30,215 nucleotides of DNA from Chitinophagaceae bacterium. GTDB lineage: Bacteria > Bacteroidota > Bacteroidia > Chitinophagales > Chitinophagaceae. The notes below the pieces were generated by a model, which was not told the DNA's origin, made no database searches, and saw only the letters and a list, made by a program, of their open reading frames with translations. The stretch spans positions 1 through 30,215 of the forward strand of contig JBKCGF010000097.1 of assembly GCA_046303455.1 (NCBI GenBank), written 5' to 3'. Below are positions 24,301-30,215 of this stretch, piece by piece (position 1 is the first letter of the stretch; each line of letters begins with the position of its first letter). The position numbers were made by a program, and so were the translations under genes.

Positions 24301-27285
24301 TTAGTTTTTGATGATCTTTTTAGTGGATTGGTATTTATTGTCGCTACTTGTAATGGTCAGTACATATGTGCCTGCAGGGAGTCGACTAAAATCTGTTGTA
24401 CCTGATTGATAAGGTATATCTTTTTTGATAACAGTTCCACCTGAAATACTTGTTACCTGGAGGTGCATTTTTTTAATTCCATACATATTGCCAATATCAT
24501 ATTTAACAACATCACTGGTTATGGTTGGGTAAATATTTTTAATGAAGTTGGTATTGTTTCTGATGGGATTGAAAACTGAGGTTACTACTGTTACAGGGTT
24601 ACCAAGTGGACCAGTTGCAAACATCCCATTTCCGTGTGTACCAATTACAAGTGTGTTATCCGCCCATCTGCTCGCTAAAGTATTTACAACTGCACCATTC
24701 AGCATGGAGGCAGATGTTCCAGGTGGCGCTACTTCTCTGTACCAAATGGTATTTGAACTGTTGATGAGTTTTGTGCTAAATAGTCCTATTGAAGTTCCCA
24801 CATAATATTCAATGCCAGTTGTCTTTGCAATAATCTCACATGACCGGATTGAAGGTGTTGAAAGATTTCCTTCAATCAATTGCCAAGTTGGATCTGGGGC
24901 AGTGGAATTGCCAGTCCAGAATATACTTTGAACATTATAATTTGAAACCACCAGCATCAATGTATCCTGATTTCTGGGGTTCACTGCAATATCTCTTACT
25001 ACTGAGCCTGCGGCCATCCCAGGCGGGGTAATATCTACTACAGAACTTGTTGGAGATTGTGGATCTCTTATTTTATAAACCTTTCCTGCTCCTGTTCCGA
25101 TATATAAATGGTTAAAAGTTGAATAGGGGCCTTTTGTTGTTTCAAGCGCATAAATATCTCCAAATACTTTTGGATGAACACTGTCCATTAGCGTCCAAGT
25201 GGAGGGGGTTACAGTTGTTGAACTGTTTGTTCTAAATAAAGTGTCTTCAACTGCATAGTATAATAAGTCAGTGTTGTCGTTATCCAATTGGAAGTAGGTG
25301 ATAAACAGCCCCTCACCCGTATTTTCGGGTTGGATAAGTGTATAATCATTTGCTGCAAGTGGCGGAAGATTAGAACGGTAAAATTGACCGTTCTGTGCAG
25401 CACAAAAAAGGACTTGTTTACCTGCGCCGTTCTTTTTTGTCATACCAACCTGACAACCATCTCCACCTAAAATGATATAATGATCACTGGTGTCAACAAG
25501 AGGGTCTCCAAAAATTCCGCTTCTATCTCTGAATGTTGTTGCATTGTCTTGCGCACCTCCAAAGAAATTTCTGGAGCCTGGAGTAGGATCAATTCCTACA
25601 TGGTAGTATTGCAGGGTTTGATACTGTGAGTTATAAGTGAGGTTGGTTTGTGCATTGAAAAAATTCCATACAACATTTGGAGTATTGATATTTTCAATTT
25701 GCCCAATGCCTCCATCGGAACTCAAAATTACCTTGTTAGGATTTCCCGGTTCAAATGAAAATCCGTGAAAATCGACATGGCTTGTACCTAAGTTATCCGT
25801 ATAAGTATTTCCGGATTCAAGCCCACCAATAAACCGAACATTGGTTCTTGTGCTGAAACCATCCGTAGATCTGAATAAGTTAACACCTCCTGCTAATACA
25901 ATATTTGGATTTGTTGGATGCACAGCTAAAAGCATGTTGTAAGCTCCCTGTGTTTCTAAATATCTTGTTGAAACACCAGTGCGTGTAGAGTTTCTTTGTG
26001 CTACTAGATTTGAAGTTAGGTTTGTCCATGTTGGTGTTGAGGTGGACATATCACATTTGAAAAGATCAGCCTCAGGTTTTAAGTCACTTGCCAGATCTGA
26101 ATTTTCAACCATAACATACAAGATGTTTTCGTTAGAGGGCGCTAGTGCCATAACCATTCTTCCCCATCCCAAAACAAATTCATCGGCTGCGTTTTGTGCA
26201 TTATTATAAGGCCTCCAGCCTTGAACATAATCTGGGGCACCTAGATTTCCCCCTGCGATACGTGTGTAACTATTGATTTCGCCAGTTGTTGATACAAATA
26301 CACCAGCCAAATCTGGGTCTGCGTTTCTGCCAGACATGCCAATAATTATCTTACTACCATTGCTTGTAATTAATATGTCGGCTATACCACCTACAGCAAG
26401 GGTTGGAATATTATTGATAGATTGAAATACAGTCTGCCAGGATTGCCCACCATCTCTTGATCTCACCACTCTTCTGTGGATAGCAGCGTATACATCGCCC
26501 GTAATTGGGTGTACTGCAATTTTATGTACAAAGTTCCATTCAGAAACAAACTGCGTTATATCTGTTACATTGGTAATGGAGATTTTAGTCCAGGTAGCTC
26601 CGTTATCAACTGATTTTAAAATACCATTTCCAAAAATATAGCCTGTTGGATAACCGGCTGAAGCACCTATGGGTTCTCCTGTTCCAGCATACCATGTATT
26701 CTCTTGTCCTGCTCTTGGGTCTTGAGCTAAACATGAAATATTTCTGGCTTCTGCATCGGGATGAACAAATTGCCATTTTTGTCCACCATCAACTGTTCTA
26801 AAAATCCCACCATTTACACCACCTGCTAGAATTACTCTGTTTACAGATCCATTGATAGTAGCTCCAAATCTTTTGTCGTATGCAATAGCACGGGTTCTTC
26901 CTCCATTTTGTGAGGGGCCTACAGCACCGTAACTGTTCTGTGCTCCAGTTGTTTGTTGTACGTCAGTAGATAATGTTGTAAGCGCCTCTTTAAATATACC
27001 ATCAGCCTTAACAGGTAAAATCTTCAGCAAATCCATTTCCTTTTCTCTAATACCTTCAGGGATTTTTCCTGTTTTGGGATCTCTTTGTAAAGTCCATTCA
27101 AATTCTGCTCTTCTTCTGGAATTTTCTTGTTCCATTTCCTCCGTTTCTTCCCCTTCGTTTTTATTCAGGATGGTGAGGTCTTTCTTATTTTTTGTTGGAA
27201 AGTCTGCTTCTGTTTTGATAAATAGTGTGGATGCGAATGCCAGTAAGAGCAAGGTAGTTAGCAACAACAAACTTTTTTTCTTCAT
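24301..27285 (-). CDS. Secreted BNR/Asp-box beta-propeller protein with type-A T9SS C-terminal sorting domain
   Basis: 994 aa with a signal peptide (MKKKSLLLLTTLLLLAFAS). Asp-box motifs are TVDGGQKW, SVDNGATW, SRDGGQSW and STDGFST. The last ~85 aa (about 24304..24558) resemble a T9SS CTD (IYPTITSD...GTYVLTI...KKIIKN). Confidence 0.8.
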   Translation of the reverse strand: MKKKSLLLLTTLLLLAFASTLFIKTEADFPTKNKKDLTILNKNEGEETEEMEQENSRRRAEFEWTLQRDPKTGKIPEGIREKEMDLLKILPVKADGIFKEALTTLSTDVQQTTGAQNSYGAVGPSQNGGRTRAIAYDKRFGATINGSVNRVILAGGVNGGIFRTVDGGQKWQFVHPDAEARNISCLAQDPRAGQENTWYAGTGEPIGASAGYPTGYIFGNGILKSVDNGATWTKISITNVTDITQFVSEWNFVHKIAVHPITGDVYAAIHRRVVRSRDGGQSWQTVFQSINNIPTLAVGGIADILITSNGSKIIIGMSGRNADPDLAGVFVSTTGEINSYTRIAGGNLGAPDYVQGWRPYNNAQNAADEFVLGWGRMVMALAPSNENILYVMVENSDLASDLKPEADLFKCDMSTSTPTWTNLTSNLVAQRNSTRTGVSTRYLETQGAYNMLLAVHPTNPNIVLAGGVNLFRSTDGFSTRTNVRFIGGLESGNTYTDNLGTSHVDFHGFSFEPGNPNKVILSSDGGIGQIENINTPNVVWNFFNAQTNLTYNSQYQTLQYYHVGIDPTPGSRNFFGGAQDNATTFRDRSGIFGDPLVDTSDHYIILGGDGCQVGMTKKNGAGKQVLFCAAQNGQFYRSNLPPLAANDYTLIQPENTGEGLFITYFQLDNDNTDLLYYAVEDTLFRTNSSTTVTPSTWTLMDSVHPKVFGDIYALETTKGPYSTFNHLYIGTGAGKVYKIRDPQSPTSSVVDITPPGMAAGSVVRDIAVNPRNQDTLMLVVSNYNVQSIFWTGNSTAPDPTWQLIEGNLSTPSIRSCEIIAKTTGIEYYVGTSIGLFSTKLINSSNTIWYREVAPPGTSASMLNGAVVNTLASRWADNTLVIGTHGNGMFATGPLGNPVTVVTSVFNPIRNNTNFIKNIYPTITSDVVKYDIGNMYGIKKMHLQVTSISGGTVIKKDIPYQSGTTDFSRLPAGTYVLTITSSDNKYQSTKKIIKN

Positions 27286-27383
27286 GGGTATTTGTTCTCT
27301 AGGGCAAATTAACCATTTTTTGGTCTAGGGGTTTAATTTTTCTGTCATAATTAAATGACGAAAGAACTCATTGGCATTAGGCT

Positions 27384-27391
27384 TATCTTTG
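27384..27391 (+). promoter_or_regulatory. Candidate -7 promoter box (TAtcTTTG) for mfd
   Basis: Exact TAnnTTTG ending 16 nt upstream of ATG 27408. Confidence 0.45.
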
Positions 27392-27407
27392 CGACTGTAG
27401 TGTAGTC

Positions 27408-30215
27408 ATGAACCTGAAGTTTCTATTGGAAAAATATGCTGTATCTCCCCGCATTTTAGAGATTGCGGATGGAATTCTATTGCCTGAACCTCAGCAGATT
27501 ACCGTAAAAGGTGTTTCTGGCTCTTTCAAATCTTTTCTTTTTAGTGCGCTTTATACTGGAAATCAACTTAATGGTTATAATCATTTGCTTATCCTGGAAG
27601 ATGCTGAGGAAGCCGCCTATTTGCACAACGATATTGAACAGTTAATAGCACCGATAGATTTATTTTATTTCCCTTCTTCTTTTAAAACCAATAAGAATTT
27701 CAAGCTCCAGAGCAGCAGTCATGTAATGCTCAGGACTGAGGCATTGACCAGAATGGCAACTGGGGGGAATAAAAAAATTATTGTAACCTATCCTGAAGCA
27801 CTGATGGAGAAAGTAGCAGATGCCAAATCTTTATCATCTAATATTATTTCAATAAAAGTTAATGATAGGCTTGATACGAATATATTGATGGAAAGGCTTG
27901 TGGGGTATGGTTTTGAGCGGACAGACTTTGTTTATGAACCAGGTCAGTTTGCCATGAGGGGTGGGATTTTTGATATTTACTCTTTTGGTAATGAAAAGCC
28001 CTATCGTGTTGAGTTATTCGGAGAAGAAGTGGATTCAATTAGAATATTTGATCCTGAATCTCAATTAAGTGAAAGAAAGCTTTTGCAAGTCAACATCATT
28101 CCTAATGCCGATGCCAACTATACAGCTTCTGAAAAGGTTGATTTTCTTGATCTGCTGCCCGCCAATACCGTTGTGTATACTTCAAACTGGCAGTTGGTGA
28201 TTGATCGTTTTAGAGACTATGAAGACAACCTCAAATTATTTTTTGAACATCATGATGGCATAAAAGAATCGAGTAGTCAGGATGACAAACAGGTGGATTT
28301 ACAATTAGCTGATTTTACAACCGCTGATGATTTTGAAAAAGAATTAAACACCAAGACTGTTGTAGAATTTGGTGTAGTGTCGAGTATGGTAAGGCCATCC
28401 CTTGAATTTGCCTTTCAATCTTTACCCCAGCCTTCATTTAACAGGCAGTTTGAGATGCTAATCAAAGATCTTAAAAGTCATGAAGCTCAACAACGTCAGC
28501 TTTATATCTTTTCTGAGAATCCAAAACAGCTGGAGAGACTCTATTCCATTTTTGCTGATCTCAAATCTGAGATTCAGTTTGTGCCCATACCCGTTGCAAT
28601 TCACCAAGGGTTCATTGATAAAGAGCATGGGGTAGTGGCCTATACAGATCATCAGATTTTTCAGCGTTATCATAAATACAAAATCAAACAAGCTTATAAC
28701 AAGAGTAAAGCTATAACCCTCAGGGCGCTTAAAGAGTTACAGCCAGGTGATTTTGTTGTACACATCGATCACGGTGTTGGAGTATTTAGCGGATTGCAGA
28801 AAGTTCAAAATGGTGGACAAACACAGGAGGCGGTAAGAATCATATACAGGGATAATGATATTTTGTATGTGAATATTAATTCTTTACATAAGATTTCAAA
28901 ATATACCGGCAAAGAGGGGCATGTTCCAAAGGTAAATAAGTTGGGTAGCGATGTTTGGGTGAAGTTGAAAGAAAAGACCAAGGGAAAGGTGAAGGAAATT
29001 GCTTTTGATCTGATCAAGCTGTATGCAGAAAGAAAAGCACAGGAAGGATTTGCGCACAGCCTGGATAATTATCTTCAGACAGAATTAGAGGCTTCATTCA
29101 TGTATGAAGACACTCCAGATCAAAGCAAAGCTGTATCGGATGTTAAAAAAGACATGGAAAGTCCGCATCCAATGGACCGACTGGTTTGTGGTGATGTTGG
29201 ATTTGGGAAAACAGAGGTAGCAGTGCGTGCTGCTTTCAAAACATGTATTGATGGCAGACAGGCTGCAGTTCTTGTACCGACTACTATTCTGGCTTATCAA
29301 CATTATAAAACCTTTAGTGAGCGATTGAAAGATTTACCTGTGACTGTCGATTTTATCAACAGGTTTAAATCAGCTAAAGAGAAAAAAGAAACCTTCAAAA
29401 AACTTGAAGAAGGGAAAATTGATATCATCGTTGGAACACATGGATTGCTCTCAAAAGATATTAAGTTCAAGGATCTGGGATTGCTGGTAATTGATGAAGA
29501 ACAAAAATTTGGGGTAGCACACAAAGAAAAAATTAAAACGCTAAAAACAAATGTTGATTGTCTAACGCTTACAGCAACACCAATTCCTAGAACACTTCAG
29601 TTTAGTTTAATGGGAGCTAGAGATCTTAGTATCATCAATACGCCTCCGCCAAATCGACAACCTATCCAAACAGAAGTAATTGTCTTCAATGAAGACCAGA
29701 TAAGGGATGCCATTTATTTTGAAATTGAAAGAGGAGGGCAGGTATTTTTTATCCATAATAGGGTTAAAGGATTACCTGAAATGTCTGAATTGATTAAAAG
29801 TTTATGTCCTGATTTAAGTATTGGGTTTGCACATGGACAATTAGAAGGTCACGAACTAGAGGAAAGAATATTCGACTTTATTCATAAAAAATATGATGTA
29901 TTGGTTTGTACCAATATTGTAGAAAGTGGTGTGGATATTCCCAACGTTAATACCATTATCATTAACAATGCCCATCAGTTTGGCTTGAGTGATCTTCATC
30001 AGTTAAGAGGCAGAGTTGGGCGAAGCAACCGCAAAGCCTTTTGTTATTTGATGGCACCGCCAATTAGCGTTTTGCCTGCGGATTCGAGAAAGCGATTACA
30101 AACTTTGGAACAGCATGCTGAGTTAGGGAGTGGCTTTCAGATTGCTATGCGTGACCTTGATATCCGGGGAGCTGGAAATATGTTGGGGGGTGAACAAAGT
30201 GGTTTTATGATTGAG
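27408..30215 (+). CDS. mfd: Transcription-repair coupling factor (3'-partial, runs off window end)
   Basis: My hand translation from ATG 27408 gives 936 stop-free codons to the last base. It contains the CarD-like LQPGDFVVHIDHGVG, helicase motif I GDVGFGKTEVA, DEEQKFG, TATPIPRT, QLRGRVGRS and RGAGNMLGGEQSG. It is absent from the ORF track only because it has no stop inside the window. Confidence 0.95.
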   Translation, partial: MNLKFLLEKYAVSPRILEIADGILLPEPQQITVKGVSGSFKSFLFSALYTGNQLNGYNHLLILEDAEEAAYLHNDIEQLIAPIDLFYFPSSFKTNKNFKLQSSSHVMLRTEALTRMATGGNKKIIVTYPEALMEKVADAKSLSSNIISIKVNDRLDTNILMERLVGYGFERTDFVYEPGQFAMRGGIFDIYSFGNEKPYRVELFGEEVDSIRIFDPESQLSERKLLQVNIIPNADANYTASEKVDFLDLLPANTVVYTSNWQLVIDRFRDYEDNLKLFFEHHDGIKESSSQDDKQVDLQLADFTTADDFEKELNTKTVVEFGVVSSMVRPSLEFAFQSLPQPSFNRQFEMLIKDLKSHEAQQRQLYIFSENPKQLERLYSIFADLKSEIQFVPIPVAIHQGFIDKEHGVVAYTDHQIFQRYHKYKIKQAYNKSKAITLRALKELQPGDFVVHIDHGVGVFSGLQKVQNGGQTQEAVRIIYRDNDILYVNINSLHKISKYTGKEGHVPKVNKLGSDVWVKLKEKTKGKVKEIAFDLIKLYAERKAQEGFAHSLDNYLQTELEASFMYEDTPDQSKAVSDVKKDMESPHPMDRLVCGDVGFGKTEVAVRAAFKTCIDGRQAAVLVPTTILAYQHYKTFSERLKDLPVTVDFINRFKSAKEKKETFKKLEEGKIDIIVGTHGLLSKDIKFKDLGLLVIDEEQKFGVAHKEKIKTLKTNVDCLTLTATPIPRTLQFSLMGARDLSIINTPPPNRQPIQTEVIVFNEDQIRDAIYFEIERGGQVFFIHNRVKGLPEMSELIKSLCPDLSIGFAHGQLEGHELEERIFDFIHKKYDVLVCTNIVESGVDIPNVNTIIINNAHQFGLSDLHQLRGRVGRSNRKAFCYLMAPPISVLPADSRKRLQTLEQHAELGSGFQIAMRDLDIRGAGNMLGGEQSGFMIE

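Noticed and set aside
28458-29524. Four minus-strand ORFs are the only ORF-track entries over 27.4-30.2 kb, which suggests this region might be non-coding or minus-strand coding
   Set aside because: The plus frame from ATG 27408 is open for 936 codons and encodes an unmistakable Mfd. The track lists only ORFs closed by a stop within the window.
1-30215. Searched for tRNA/rRNA/ncRNA genes, CRISPR repeats, IS elements, integrases, prophage or defence-island content, and compositional islands
   Set aside because: No intergenic gap exceeds about 172 nt, and none shows cloverleaf-like or repeat-spacer structure. No transposase, integrase, restriction, toxin or nuclease-NTPase gene is present. Base composition looks uniform by eye, though I did not compute it.

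Overview
The window reads as a densely packed, AT-rich housekeeping stretch of a Bacteroidota chromosome. By my count about 1.1 kb of 30.2 kb is non-coding. The phylum call rests on four points: a type-A T9SS C-terminal sorting domain, a split transketolase, exact TAnnTTTG -7 boxes in most promoter gaps, and no Shine-Dalgarno tracts at the starts I inspected. I support 23 protein-coding genes: split transketolase N-subunit, a WecA/MraY-family transferase, frr, two EamA transporters, scpA, dxs, a LytS-like kinase with a LytTR regulator, DUF3109, a LutB-like Fe-S protein, purH, ComEC/Rec2, an exported histidine phosphatase, a 1120-aa Omp85-barrel protein with PD40 repeats, an MBL hydrolase, a MOP flippase, dtd, a MazG-like protein, glyQS, YdcF/DUF218, a 994-aa BNR-repeat T9SS cargo, and mfd (3'-partial). 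The ORF track omits mfd only because the gene runs off the window end. I found no rRNA, tRNA, CRISPR array, transposase, integrase or recognisable defence or toxin genes, and no intergenic gap is large enough to hide one. I do not see a convincing new multi-gene system here. The main curiosities are listed below.
- A single in-frame TGA sits exactly at the invariant Gly of the thiamine-diphosphate motif of the transketolase N-subunit, while TGA is a genuine stop elsewhere in the window.
- An Omp85-type barrel is fused to TolB-like propeller repeats, with no obvious POTRA region.
- A LutB homologue has no LutA or LutC partner and is tightly coupled to a Cys-rich DUF3109 gene, next to a LytS/LytTR pair.
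- All six convergent gene junctions have 9 nt or less of spacer or overlap, so all non-coding DNA lies in divergent promoter gaps.
- dtd, a MazG-like gene and glyQS form a co-directional cluster.
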